A DNA stretch of 64,000 bases from Nymphaea colorata (taxonomy: Eukaryota): assembly GCF_008831285.2 (NCBI RefSeq), contig NC_045138.2, positions 13,454,001 to 13,518,000 on the forward strand, given 5' to 3'. The notes below the pieces were generated by a model. That model did no database searches. It saw nothing but the letters and a program-made list of their open reading frames with translations, and was not told the origin of the DNA. Positions 11,446 to 25,124 of this stretch are shown here, piece by piece. Position 1 is the stretch's first letter, and each line of letters opens with the position of its first letter. Made by a program: the position numbers and the translations under genes.

Positions 11446-14400
11446 TGTCGGATAAGGATTTACGCGACACCGTTGAATTGATATGCTGCAGAGGAAAGTG
11501 ATAGAAGCCCTTGTATCGTTTCTTGCTCATTTTATTTGCCAATGCTACTGAGTTTCCTTTATTCAAATGGCTGAGGCAACTAAGCTTGCAATTGCAACCA
11601 TATAAAAGTTCTCATGTTTGAGAAAGCCTGGGAATCAGATCCCTTTCAAACCAATCATGCATTGCGGTTACATCAATGGCCCACCTTCTTTAGTAAGTCG
11701 GCCCAAAATTTTCCAGGTAGCTGTGGCTTTTCTCAAGCTTCCAAATAATTGATGGGGTTCCGCTTAGCTATTCCCTGCACCTTTGTTGACTAAACTTTTC
11801 TTATCCATTTCAATCTCTTTTTTCATCTAAGAAAGTTATGCATAATGGATATCATGTGTTTCTTTTCTAATTCCCTACTGGTTAACCATGTGTTTCTTTT
11901 GAATTTTCTAATTAAAATGACAAGTTAAATGAAATAATTAACTTTAGAAAGACAAAGCATGACATTAAGCCACAGCCAAATGATTAGGTGTGAACTCTGA
12001 CCTCTGGTGATATGACATCATCATATGGATATGAAAAAAGATAAAATATCTAGGCACACACGCACCTACAACTGGACATAATCAATACCAACTGATAGTA
12101 GCTGAGCGTGGATTCGATCATCTAACCACACTCACAGACAAACCCTTCTCTGACTGAATATTGACTGGTATTTGGTTGTTAAATCCAATAGAGGACGTTT
12201 GATTCTCGCTATTGGAATACACGAAAAGGAAATGACCTGTTCTTCAGTTCTTGCATGTTCGAGTGCCAAGCCAGCAGTGCCATGGTGTTCCATGCTCTAT
12301 TTAGCGCCAGTAGGGCACCCGCTCCTCCCACCAAAACGGCGTAATGCCATGTATGCTTACTTTAAGCCCATCTAACTTCTGGCATTGGAGTGAATGCACA
12401 GAATTACATGATCAGTAGTGCTTCATCTCATACTAGAACGAAAGGACACGTGAATTAGTACGCGTGCGCAGGCTTCATCAGCTTGGGCCATCTTTTCTTG
12501 TCGATTAACGAATCCGCGGTTTTGCAGGAGTAACCTTTGATTCAAAGTTTCAGCTGTGTTGCCGTCACAAGTTCCTGTCGACCATTTAGGTGGCGAATGC
12601 TATGGAACTAACCAATTGCCGAAAGGCTGATGCAATCAATCTTTTCTAGATCCTGAACGCCACTTTGAGAAGTAAACTCTCCCAAATCTTTTTAAGGCTG
12701 CGGTTGGCTAGAAGTATAAAATATGATTTCCTTTCTTTTTAGTCTTCGTCTGCTCCAGAGCTGGTGAATTGCACCACCAAACGTACCTCTATATCAGAAG
12801 TCAATGGTGCCGCTCTTGAATTAATTGATTAACAATGACAAAGCAAGGAGGCGAACAACTACAAAAGTGATCTAAACGCTTACCGTTACGTGAAAATGGA
12901 ATTGGATTTCTTGAGTTGTCAATTCGTTCTGGTTGAACCACTGTTTAATAATTTGAGTTGTCAATTGCCTCAAAGTTTTTTGTGGAGTTGTTTATCATCA
13001 AAAGGAAATCTGAAAATGTTGCCGCCCTCTGAATTATTCATTCTGTAACGGAAACAAGCAATGTCTTATTCCACTTTAAGAGTTGTTGAGGAAAAGGAAA
13101 GGGCTTGGAGAACAGAAACGACGCTTTTGTCTTGTCCACTCTTTCTGAGTTGGAAGATGCGCGCTGTCCATCCAAGGAGTGGTAGAAGGCTGAGCAGCAG
13201 TCTTGCTAAGCATCACCTTAAAGTAAAAATACCTGCAACATAAAGTTGCCTGCTCTTCGTGGTAGCAGATCAACGAGAGGATACTGAATAAGGCATTGTT
13301 TGGTGTGGATAAACACACACAACTTTTCAACTTTGTTGCTCATCCATACTGTGTTTTAATGTTGACTTAAATAAATCACCTTCCAAATTCAGATCTTTCT
13401 CGTCGGTTCTAAAAAAAGAAACGGCACTTTCTGTTTGTGGACAGTAAAAGTTTGTCTTATGTGTAATACTGTTAAGCCCGACAATTTTACTGGAGTCCAC
13501 ATGGACCAAGGGTCATCCTCTGAGGACACTTTCTTAGAAAAGAAAAGCATTCGTACTCTGTTGATAGGTGGATTTATATGACCATCATATTTTAGAATGT
13601 GGCTAAAAGTTTCATAGTTGTGTGCGGCTGGTGCCGATCTCCTTTTCCAATAATGCTACTGGCCGTCGCAGGATTGAAGCAACAGAACATGGTCACATAG
13701 CATACAAACCCGCATAGCATAAAGCGTATAGATAATGTGGTAAGTGCCGGCATCCGTCAATAACTTGTTGGATAATGACAGTCTGCCTAGTGTCCACCAA
13801 GATGTCACCCATCTTCATTCTCTTTCAGTACAGTAAAATGGGTCTCAGTTTCGTGCAACAATGGATCCTTATTCGCCGAACAACTGACTAGAATGATGAT
13901 GGCTTTGAAGGAAAAAAGATTAGCAGCAGAAAGTAGGCAAAATTAAGATCGAACTATCTGCAATGTAAAGGTCAATTCTGAGCAGTTCCAAAAGGATGGC
14001 TAGTTTAAAAGCCAAAATGTTAGAAGGACGAGCACCATTAAATTCGAGCAAGATCAGTCAATCTTTTTTTGTTCTTGACTACCCATTTTAGTTCAGTTAA
14101 ACGTTCATTAAGAAACTCAAATCTATGTTGTCAGCGTGGGCCTGTTGCTGCAGATCACACTGGCCAGTAGCCAAACGAACCCCTTATGTGGATCCTCGTG
14201 CTCCCTTTTTCTGTGTTTTTCTTATTTTTATTTTACTGTGCTATAGTACCTGTCTATTTTTTAGTAGTTATCTAGTCATAATTCTGATGAGTTCATTCCT
14301 TATGTATGACTCGATGTTAGAATTGGTAACGCAGATTTGCTAACTACGTTAAAAATAAAAACGCAAACGCCTGTTTGCTATCGTAGAAGAATGGTGGTCC

Positions 14401-15312
14401 CTTCTGTACCTCCCCAATGACCAAGAAGAACTTCACAAGCTTTATGCATTGGACACTTGTCAGCCACACTACCAATGGAGAGATTTAGAGGATTTTTCAC
14501 CTATAAAATAAGAAGAATGATGCGTGGCTTTGTTTGCTCAGGTTGTAAGTCAATAACAGGAGGAAGAAAAGAAAGGAAAGGAAATCTGCACTTGAAGGAG
14601 ACTTCTAAAGTGCCCATTCCCCACTAAAACTACCAGAGACTTTTGTTACTCACAGTTCAGACTTGACAGGACTGCCGCTCATACAAACGGTTATGGATAA
14701 TTCCCACCACATAGAAAGGGATTGAAAAGGAAAAAGAAGAACGCCGCTCTATATAAAGCTTCCCACGATCAATTCAACCCAAAAAGTAGCACTCATGTAA
14801 TTGACAAATTCGTGTCTTGAGATCACGAAATTGGGAAGAACAAACAGCAAGCTAAATTTCAGATGGTGAGGGTCGTTTTCCTTATGCCAAGGACCATTTT
14901 TGGCATAAACGATGCAATTATGCACGGTTCAGGCAAGTTCGAAATAGAAAACCATTGCAGTAGGTTGCAGCTAAAGGAGTCGTAGGTGTCTGAAGAATGC
15001 TGGACCATTACTTTTTCTCAAATCAAGCACTCTTGTTCCTCTGATGATTAGTATCTTCTTTTCCAGAATGAAAGCTCTGTATGAGGTCAGAGCAACTGCC
15101 GACAGGAAGCTGAACGCCTTATTAAGGAAAAGAGAACGCTAAAAATTCAATATATGTACAAAGGATTGCATCAACAAGCACATGGTCAACATATGCAGAT
15201 CTCAATTCCATTTCTAGATTTCTCATTCTTCGCCCGTTTTGGATCAATATCTGGTTGATCTCAAGAAACTGGGATGCATCATGTAGAAGGAAGTGCGGCT
15301 TGTTTGGCAGAA

Positions 15313-18300
15313 TCAATCAAGTTGCTGAGAGGGGGATGGTCTGACAAGGTTTCTCGCTTCGAGGTCATCTCCAGGTGGTCCTTTTTCTGTGCCACCATTA
15401 GCGACTGTAGAAGAGATCATCTCTCCTACATCTTCAAGGTCAGGCACAAAAGGGTCCTCTTGAATTGATTCCATTCTAAGACTGTCCATCCTCCTTGCAG
15501 AAAAGCCAGGACTACCATGTAGGCAATTGTATGACCGTGCAGCCACTGTATCTGGGCTACGTGAGGAACGAAAAGCAGGGCTAAACAAGGGCTGCAAAAG
15601 ACGCTTTCTATCTGGAGAATCCCGTAAGGATATTCGACAAACTGGGCAAGTAGAATGCTGCTGCAGCCATATATCTATGCAGGTGATATGAAAAGCATGG
15701 CCACAGTAAGGAAGAATGCGGAGCATATCTTTATCTTGGTATTCTCCCAGACATACGGTGCACCTGGAAAAGAAATAAACTAGGATTATGATCTGTGAAG
15801 TAAGAAATTCTAAGATACCAAATGGTGGAAATTCTCCTTTTCATTCTTTATTCATTATTTTTACCTTTTGTCCTGTTTCTAACAATCTATTGCAGAGGCA
15901 TCTATCTATTATCTACAAGTGCAATAAGAGAAATGAGAGTAACATGCAAACTATATATACTGATGAATTTTCCGAGGAAAATATTTTTGAGTATCTGATG
16001 CTCATGCATGCACAACACACACGTCACTACTGGTTTACAAGAATATCACCTGAGTGGGCTGAATCTGGTAGTTGGTCACAAAGCAAATCAAATAATGAAT
16101 TCCCCTACCTTGTATGAGCGTCCCATAAAATACATGGTTCCTACATATTCAGTCTATCTGGTCACTGTCAGCAGGGAGGATATTGCAACAACATGTCTAG
16201 GTTACAAAAAAGAAAGAAAACCGCCAGTGTTACCAAAGTTTTTGACACTTCACAACCATTCCAATTGAGCGAGTTAGAATCAGAATGAACAGAAGATGTG
16301 CATAGTCCATTTCTTAAGCCTTCATGATCCTTGCAATCTGAGACTCAGTTAAGGCTTAATAATTGGAGAACGCCCAACCGAAAAGGTACTTCAACAGGAA
16401 GCTTTCTCAGTGTCACTCCCTTGATGTAGGTTATAGCATCGTTGGACTTCAACAGGAATAGTTCCTTTTTAAAAAGACAACCTAAATTTTGTGATTGCAC
16501 CACATGCTTAGCGCAGTTGTATCTGACATTTGAAACATGGCATGCTTATCATGAAACTTACATGAAAGAACTAAAATTAACAAACTCCAGCCTCCCTCGG
16601 TTGCATGTTTATGGTGGTTCATCAGTTTCCTTCAAAAGCCTGATCGGTCTTTTCTTCAGTATTTGGGCACATTGTGTATATAATTTTATGATTGCACCAC
16701 ACGTTTAGCCAAATTGTGTCCGACATTTGAAACAAGGCATGCTTATCAAGACAATTACATCAAGGAACTAAAGATAGCAAACTCAAGCCTCAACTAAGGC
16801 GCATTTTTATGGTGGGTCATTAGTTTTCTGCAAAAGCCTGACCTGTCTTTTCTTCAGTACTCGGGCACATTGTGTATATACTCATTAGCTCATAATTTTC
16901 AACAAGTGTAGATGGTGTGTTTGACTACTAGTGCCACCTCCACATGCGAAAAGTATTTCTGGGACATGCAATCAATCATTTATCATCAACCATTCAATTG
17001 ATTTTTCCTAAAAGTATTTACTTTCTCATCTTCCTCTTCTTCATTAAGTTTTATTGGGCGAAGTTCAGGAGCAGCGTGCATAAAATATTTCTAGGACAAC
17101 AAACAACATCAGCAGATCAATTCTTCTCAAGTTATCCTGTATGACAGCTTTCTGTTCACGTCTGTGCGTAATTCGGAATATAATAGCCATTCTGAAGCCA
17201 TTTCGATGTCGACTGAAACGGCCAAATAAAAGATGCCATCAACGAAAACAAGAATTAACTTCGAAAAGGAATCACCGACTGTGGGCAAAAATACATTGAA
17301 CTGAACGGTTAGTGAAAGAAATGACATCCAACACGATGCAGCAGAGAAGATTTCGCAACTGAAACACCAATTTTCTTAGTTCTGTTTTCCTGTTTGCTTT
17401 ATGTAAATGAAATTCAGCTAACAAAAATATTTTCCTCAACGACTGGCTAGTATCAGATGAATGCAGGAAGTAAAAAAAATTAACCACAATTTCTTGCAAC
17501 AAAGAAGCAGAATTTCTGAAGCTGCCACATGAACTTGACTGACCCATTAGTAAGTTAAAAAGCCATAAAAAAAAGTATGTCTGTTGTGAGACTTACTGGG
17601 AATCTTCACCGGAAGAAAAGAATTCATCACTGAATTTTTTCGTCGGAAAGCTCGATAGTAGCACCGGTTCAAGCCCATGAATTCCACGCTCTAGCTGTTG
17701 CACGAACAATTGCGTATGATTCAACAACATCGTGAGTCAGAATAAAAAAGTGTTAAAACTTAATGTCACAGTGATACATGAAATTCCCCTCCACCAGAAA
17801 GAAAAGGAGACCCAGATTAATAGAGGAAGACAGGGACAAAGCCTGGGAAACCAGAATCAGTACACATCCTCATCCCTCACATAGGTTTTAAATTTTCATT
17901 TTTGAATACCTTGAAAAAATTTCAAGGTTGCGTTCAAACAATTAGATTTCGCATCCAGAAGTTGCCCAACACGGTCACATGCCCGCCAAAAGACAAGGAT
18001 TATCTCTGGAAAGTTTCAGAAAGGAATCAACCCCAAATCCTAACTAGAAATAGGAAGGATCAAATAACACAAGCAATAAAAAAAAACTGAAAGGGGGAAT
18101 GGTCAGGCACACTGTAGCAGCATGCGTACAATTGTCCTTCCAGTAGACTCTCGAATGGGAAATGGTGGAGCTAGAATTATAGAACTAGCAACATTAATCA
18201 AGACAAAAAATTTGGATTGAATGTTTGCACGAAAAAACTAACACAACTTTGGGGAAAGGCGACAGAGAAACAGAGAGAGAGAAAAAAAAAAAGGCAAAGT

Positions 18301-18472
18301 ACGAGAGAGATACCATGCCTAGATCAGATCGGATGGTTGCAGGAAAGGCCCTCCTGGACGCTGTAAGTTGTATCCTTGCACAGACTAGTCTAGTGCAAAC
18401 AAACACTATAAACATGGTGCTCACAGCAAATCCTATGACAGTCATGACCAAATTTACGCCAGAACCAATCAT
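15313..18472 (-). CDS. ATL-family RING-H2 E3 ubiquitin ligase (235 aa; exons 18472-18314, 17694-17597, 15763-15313)
   Basis: N-terminal TM segment ([20 protein letters not shown]), GLE-type motif ([12 protein letters not shown]) and RING-H2 CTVCLGEY...[14 protein letters not shown]...CPVC. Splice phases are consistent (708 nt). Confidence 0.93.
16484..16880. repeat. Diverged ~197 bp tandem duplication in ATL intron 2
   Basis: Two adjacent copies share TGATTGCACCACA...TTTGAAACA.GGCATGCTTATC...AAAAGCCTGA...GGGCACATTGTGTATATA. Confidence 0.85.
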
Positions 18473-19587
18473 GCTGCCGCCTCCCGCCTTCCCTAAACTC
18501 TCACAATACCGTAACTTGCATCTTATATACCTCAGGAAAATTAAGAAACTTTAGGGGCCAAATGCCCATCTCCCTCAATCGCCTGAGAAGCCAGGACCAG
18601 AAAGGAAAAGGGTGGGAAAATCAGATGGGCTCTGCATTGACGGATGGTGGATAACCAGGAAGACCCATGGAGAAGAAAGACACTATTCAGAGTGGGAAAA
18701 GAGATAAATTAAATGGGCCACTTTTTTAATGGGTAGTGTCAGATTTTCTTTTCTGTCTTTCCCCTCTCTTCCAAACATTTCATATTATATATCAAACATT
18801 TCTGTTTAATAGACTTGTGGAGATTTTATCCTACGTTTTCGCTTGCAGATTGACGCTATTGGTCTCTGTCTCTCTCTCTCTCTTTGGTGGCACCAAAATT
18901 TTCTTCCTAGATCCGTCCTTATCTGAAAGAAATAACGCTTCCTTAGCAAGTACCGCAATTACAATTTTCTCATTTCTTGGAAAATGAATTTCACATACAT
19001 CATGCCCAGTCCAGTTGCCAGAGTTGATGGTTCCTTTGGATTTTCGAGCTTTTTGAAGCAAGCAACCTGTTAAAAGAAGGCCTGCGGAAAAGTAGGCAGA
19101 TAGATAGGTGACGAGGAACATAAATGCCAAGAGTCCATGCGACAGCGACCCGATCCATTATCTTGGTTTGGTGACGCTCCTGCTTCGGCGAAAAGTCTCT
19201 CGAACCGAGTGTACAATACGTCCTTTGGTAAGAAAAAAAACACTTGCCCTGCTTCCGCCCGTGTGCGTGGTGCAGTAACTTCACCTTCTAAATTGTCACC
19301 ATCTTTTCATTGCATGCTCAATTGGGTCACCTAATTGGAACCAAGAAGCTGTTGAATCGCAAAAAATGTCTCGCTCTATGCAATCCATGAACTTTTAAAG
19401 TATGGCAGCAAAGGTATTCATTTTGTTCCGAATTTTTTGCTCTTCATATGGGAAAGAGCATCTGACATTGACTGAATTTTTTGACAAGTGAAGCTAACGT
19501 CATGTCTAACTCCGTAAATGGAAAAAAAAAAGGAAAAACTCAGTAAAGAATGGTTTTCACTTTCCTCTGTTATTGGAAAGTATGAAA

Positions 19588-19755
19588 AAGCTAACTTCTT
19601 CCAACAACAGTTCTACCATTTTCGCCGATGAAACAAAGATGTCCGGCTTGCCTTTACAAGTAAGCCCATGTAAGCTAACTTCTTCCAACAACAGTTCTAC
19701 CATTTTCGCCGATGAAACAAAGATGTCCGGCTTGCCTTTACAAGTAAGCCCATGT
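19588..19755. repeat. Perfect 84 bp tandem duplication upstream of the ATL gene
   Basis: AAGCTAACTTCTTCC...GTAAGCCCATGT repeated exactly twice. Confidence 0.95.
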
Positions 19756-21347
19756 TGGGACATAGCAGTAATATATATGACCGCTGAGGAAATCAGTATT
19801 ACCGTGCGTGAATGAAGTCTTACTTTATAAGCTTCCCCTCCCCTCCCCTCCCCTCCCCTCCTCAAGAAAGGAAATGAAAAAAAGTTCAAACAACAAAGTA
19901 TCATGAACAGCGGCCTAGTTGAAGTTTGCAAAGCAAAGCTGGGCCTAAGCATGCATTAACCAGATTATCCAAGAGACGCACTGTTGGCCTACTTACTAAC
20001 TTTTCCCAAATAAAAATCATCAAGTCTAACTTAGAGAGAGAGAGAGAGAAAGAGGGGTGGATCTCTCTCTCTCTCTCTCTCTCTCTCACGTACACAGAAG
20101 CACACATGCACAAAACTAACTAGCGTGGTGAACTTATGTATTTGGACAGAAATCGGAGTCGATTATATGGACAGACAACAAAGTACATGTTTAACCAAGC
20201 ATAGAACTACTGAGCTTATTGGCCTTTATTAAAAAAAAAAAAAAAAATGCTGCCGGTACTATATTTTTCAGGACTTTGACATGTTTTCTTTGTTTCCACT
20301 GTTGCTGCTTTTGTATTTATAGAGTCTATGAGAGGTGCTGCTACGCCATTTTAATCAAAAGTTTAAAAAGTGTGGAAACACCCATTTTAATTTCGCATAA
20401 GATTAGTCCAAGTGTCAATACCTTCATAATCAATCTTACTTGCAGGACTTTTATGGTATAACTAAGCATAGCTCTTTGGATATTTTTGTCGGTAGACAGA
20501 GAGATTATATCTAATCAAGGATAAAGACGTATGATCGTCTTATACATATATATAGGTGGGGAGTGGGGCGCCTCATCGCTTGCCAACCATTTGGATAAGC
20601 TCAACAAAGGCCAAGCAGTTGCTTCTCAGCAGAAGCACAAAATTTAAGCAAAGCTCACAGACGAGACAGCCTTTCAAAAGTGCATGCCCCTCTTTTTGTA
20701 ACACCACTTTTTCCTTCATCTTTCTCAAGAACAAGTGCCAAATCTGCTTGAATTAATGGCAAAAGAGCACAAATATGGGCGGCATCTCTTTTGCAAGTAT
20801 GGCTGCTTCATCAGCATTTCACTTTCCTGCGTAAATCGAAAGGTGCTGTCAATACAATAAGGAAAGGCTCCCCTTTTATCGCCTGCTGTTGGACATGAAT
20901 CAAAGATTGCCAAGCTCAAAGCTCATGGGTGTCGCTCTTTTAGTCAAATTAAATTGTACTTGTCCTACTTGGAGAGGAATAGCTGCTTCAAAGAGGTTAA
21001 ATAATTTACTAATGCTGCTGTCAAACATTTCCCACTATGTATCTCGTTCAAGAAAAAGTAATAGCTTGGTTTTTATTTTATGACCAATAAAGGAGACGCA
21101 AATCTCCTGTGAGCAACATCAGCTAGAACAAGATAGAGATAGAAATGTGTCGGCTAAAGGGCATTAATTTTAAAAAATCCTAAACCTCTCAAATACATTA
21201 CAAAATGATTGAGGGGAGGACACTATAATGTAAATAAGTACATGCTTGAGAAATACCTTATATATAAATAGGGTCAGCCAGTTATGTAAACCAACAATAT
21301 TTATCGGACTGTATTTGCAACTGCCCACGGAAGCTCACATGTGCCTC

Positions 21348-21350
<3 letters not shown>

Positions 21351-21382
<32 letters not shown>
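21351..21382. repeat. (TA)n microsatellite
   Basis: Uninterrupted TA run. Confidence 0.9.
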
Positions 21383-21384
<2 letters not shown>

Positions 21385-22866
21385 CTCGCTTATATAGATT
21401 ATAGCTGAACAAAAGTGTCCACAACCACATGAATAGACAAATAAAGGCGTGCGTTTCCATCACTGGTTGGTTCGCCAACGTTTTTTCTTTTATTAATGTG
21501 GTCGTGTAGGGGACGGGTTAGGTGGGCGGAATGGGAAAGGAAAAATGAAATCCTCGGAAAGAATGCTTATAAAGGAAGAGACGAATAAGAGCAAGAAGGA
21601 TACATTAATATTTGTACTGAATAGATCATTCAAGCGACACATAGATCAGGTGGAAGTAGCTCGATCAGTACTTGCTTTTCTTTTTCTTTTTGTTGGTGAT
21701 GACTAAAAAGCTAGCTAATGGCAACTACGCACAAGGCAAATATGAATGGACTTCCACCACCGATTTTGGGCAAGCATGCAGTAAACTTTGTTGGGCAGTT
21801 TCTCACTTTAATATACTTTTATGGAGTTCTGGCCCGTCTACACCAGAAGTAATCAAATTAAAAGAACGAGCTGCCAGCCCGGTCCGTATCTGTCTATGTG
21901 ACAAGATTTCCATTTGCCTTAATGTCTGTATCCGCACTCGCGATTCTCATTTCTAGACTTTTATACGTGCAAAAGGAATAACCTTAGACTAAGGGAGGTT
22001 TGATTTTAAATCTATAAATCTCAAATACTGGAAAATACAAGATAAGATTAGACCAAAGGTAATCGGACAGTCTCATATTGTCTCAACAATAACGCATGTC
22101 CCAATCATAAAAATAGAAAAAAAAAATCCTGCTGATACTTTTTCTTTCTCATGTGGATTTGTTGTGATTATGAAACTACTAGCATAAGCTCGGTTGCATA
22201 TTTGGAGCAGCGTTATAAAAAGAGAGGTCAAAATGGGTCCGAACTAGCTGATTCGATTTGAATGGTCCCTTTCGGTTCGATACCTGCGGCCAATTTGACG
22301 ATATTCATATTCAGAAATCGGCCAACTTTTTTGCAGAATCGCTTCCATTTCCTTCATACCGCCCGCTTGACAACTAATTACAAGCCAACTGAGGAGAGAA
22401 GCCAACGATGAGAACCTCTTTCAAATTAAGTTGAGAAGTCGCATATATTTCCTACGTACTTTTCTTTCTTTCTTTTCAGAGTTTTAAATTATTAAAGTAT
22501 ATTTTAATTAATCATTTCAGAACGGGCGAGAATATTCGTGCCAGTGCAGCATCATGTTAGCGTGTCCTCTGTCATGCTTCGATACATAAGCAAGAGGAGA
22601 AGCTTACTGGAACAGCTCCTCTGGGGGCTGAGCCATTTGTTCATCTCCATCTCCAGTCATCAGCATTCGTGGCAAACATGCAGCAGTACCATGAACGCCA
22701 AATCTTGTTTGTTAAAGAGTACACTAGAAGGAGGGCCTTAAGCATGTGTAGGTGTCTGATAAGTTTCCTTTGCCATATGCTTCTCTCAGTAACCAGCGCT
22801 CTCTCCCGCTCTGCGCTGTAGACGGAGCAGTCGATCGGTGAAGAGAAAGATACCAACATATCGATA

Positions 22867-24282
22867 ATGGTTCAAGAAGATTTGTTCAGGTCCAAGGAAC
22901 GGCAGCCTCGAGTTCTACTGCTACCGTGGCTAGCATACGGCCACATCTCCCCCTTCTTGGAGCTGGCCAGGCATCTTTCTTGCAGAGGCTTCACAACCTA
23001 CCTCTGTTCCACCCATACCAATCTCTCCTCCATAAAAGAAAAGCTTCGACAGAGGAGCTATTCGAGCATCAAAACAGTAGAACTCCAACTACCGTCGATT
23101 CCTGAACTCCCTCCAAAATTCCAAGCAACGTCGTCTCTCCCATCACACCTAATGCCTCTGCTTAAGAAGGCCTTTGATTTATCCAAGCCTGCTTTTATAG
23201 ACATCCTACAGGCTCTGAACCCAGACTTTGTTATTTATGACTTCCTCCAACCATGGGCTCCCTTGGCGGCTTCACAACTGGGCATCCCCGCCGTGCTCTT
23301 CTTATCAACTAGTGCTATTTGCTTTTCTTATGGCCGTTCCAGGCATGAAGGACACGACCAAAACGTCTCCCCTTTCAAAACCATTCATTTCCTTGAGCAT
23401 GAAGTAGAGAACAACAATAGAATGCTCCGCAGTGAAGCGAACGGCATCAGGGACGTAGACAGAGTTAATCAATGCGTCGATCAGTCTGAAGATGTGATCT
23501 TCATAAGAAGCTCCAGAGAGATTGAAAGAAAGTTTGTCGATTATCTTCCGCTCGTAACCGGTAAAAGGGTGATCACAGTAGGCAGTCTGCTTAATCAAGA
23601 GGCAAGCGACCACTCTGCATCACTGCCATGCAAGTTCACAAGTTGGCTTGGAACAAAGAGGAGCTCTTCTGTGGTTTTTGTTTCATTTGGTACAGAATAT
23701 TTCATGTCAAAGGAAGAAATCACAGAGATCGCACTCGGTCTGGAGCTATCGAGGCAGAACTTCATATGGGCAGTCAGATTTGTATCTGAGGAGGAGGAGG
23801 AGGGGATGGAGAGACAACTGCCCGAGGGATTCATGCAGAGAGTTGAGGGGAGAGGAATGGTGGCGAATCAGTGGATCCCACAAATGGAAATACTGAGCCA
23901 CCCCTCAATTGGAGGCTTTCTGACCCACTGCGGATGGGGGTCCCTGAATGAGGGGATGGGCTGTGGGGTGCCCTTCATTGCTCTGCCCTTGCACTTGGAC
24001 CAGCCTCTCAATGCAAAGCTGGTGGTAGGGGAGCTGGGCCTTGGGGTGGAGATAGAGAGAGAAAGGGATGGGAGGTTTAGGAGGGAGAAGGTGGCGGAGG
24101 GGATCAGGAGGGTGATGGTTGGTGGGGAGGGGGAAAAGATGAGGAGGAAGGCGAAGGAGATGGCTAAGAAGATGAAGGAGAAAGATGATGGGGAGATTGA
24201 TGTGCTGGTTGGCGAGGTGAGGAAGATGACGAGCGGAAGGGGATGGAAGGAGCGGGGACTGCAGATCAGAGAGATGAAGTAA
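22867..24282 (+). CDS. UDP-glycosyltransferase, family 1, UGT94-like (471 aa, intronless)
   Basis: PWLAYGHISPFLELA (catalytic His), YDFLQPWAP, and a complete PSPG box WIPQMEILSHPSIGGFLTHCGWGS...PLHLDQ. The N-terminal signatures resemble UGT94 sugar-on-sugar transferases. Confidence 0.93.
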   Translation: MVQEDLFRSKERQPRVLLLPWLAYGHISPFLELARHLSCRGFTTYLCSTHTNLSSIKEKLRQRSYSSIKTVELQLPSIPELPPKFQATSSLPSHLMPLLKKAFDLSKPAFIDILQALNPDFVIYDFLQPWAPLAASQLGIPAVLFLSTSAICFSYGRSRHEGHDQNVSPFKTIHFLEHEVENNNRMLRSEANGIRDVDRVNQCVDQSEDVIFIRSSREIERKFVDYLPLVTGKRVITVGSLLNQEASDHSASLPCKFTSWLGTKRSSSVVFVSFGTEYFMSKEEITEIALGLELSRQNFIWAVRFVSEEEEEGMERQLPEGFMQRVEGRGMVANQWIPQMEILSHPSIGGFLTHCGWGSLNEGMGCGVPFIALPLHLDQPLNAKLVVGELGLGVEIERERDGRFRREKVAEGIRRVMVGGEGEKMRRKAKEMAKKMKEKDDGEIDVLVGEVRKMTSGRGWKERGLQIREMK

Positions 24283-25092
24283 TGATAAAAAAGAGGAAAC
24301 TAATGATCATGCCTGCCCATTAAGCACTCTTTCTTCCCGATAGCTTTCACCACCTTAATGCCGTGTCGATCTCTATGTATGCGTGTGCGTGGGGTATTAG
24401 AACCAAGATTAAAATCTTCATCTGTTCCTCTGTACTCTAGTCTCTTCTAAAGGATATCTGTGGCTCTGGAGTTTTTGATGATTGGTGAAACAAAACCCGG
24501 CTCGAATCAATGGGCAGTGTACAATGGATCCAGCTAGCATAGAACTAATCCTTTGGTTTTGGAGAAGTTTATAGCGACTCCCCGCTTGATACTCTTTGGC
24601 ATTAATTAATTATTGAACGACCAAGCAGCAGCAACAACTTTTGACCATCTTCATATACAACGAGGAGACCCTTCTTTTCTTTATTATTCTAATTTACTAG
24701 TTCCTCTCGGCTTCTTACCTTGACTTGGGGCAGCACGGACCGTTCACCAAGATTGAAGGATCGTCTTGCTCTAAAGCACGGGGTCCGGTCGGATGCATGG
24801 TCGGCGTCGCTGGTCCATGTTTGACTCTACTTTTTTTTTTGAGGGCGGCGTCTTGGCCCGTCTTTCATTTCTAGTTTTCTGAAAGTCCATGTCGCAATTG
24901 GGAGACTTTAATTCACGCTTGAATACTAAAAATTTCTTTAGTTATTTTTACATGTTCTTGCTTCCAAATTAAAACTTGCGACAAAGATAACGTGTCTCAT
25001 TGGAGGTATACGCGACCGTAAATGAAGTTGAAGTCCTTTCTACAAAATTTGAAGAATTGCTCAGCCACGTTCCACTTAACAAAGGTAATTGT

Positions 25093-25124
<32 letters not shown>

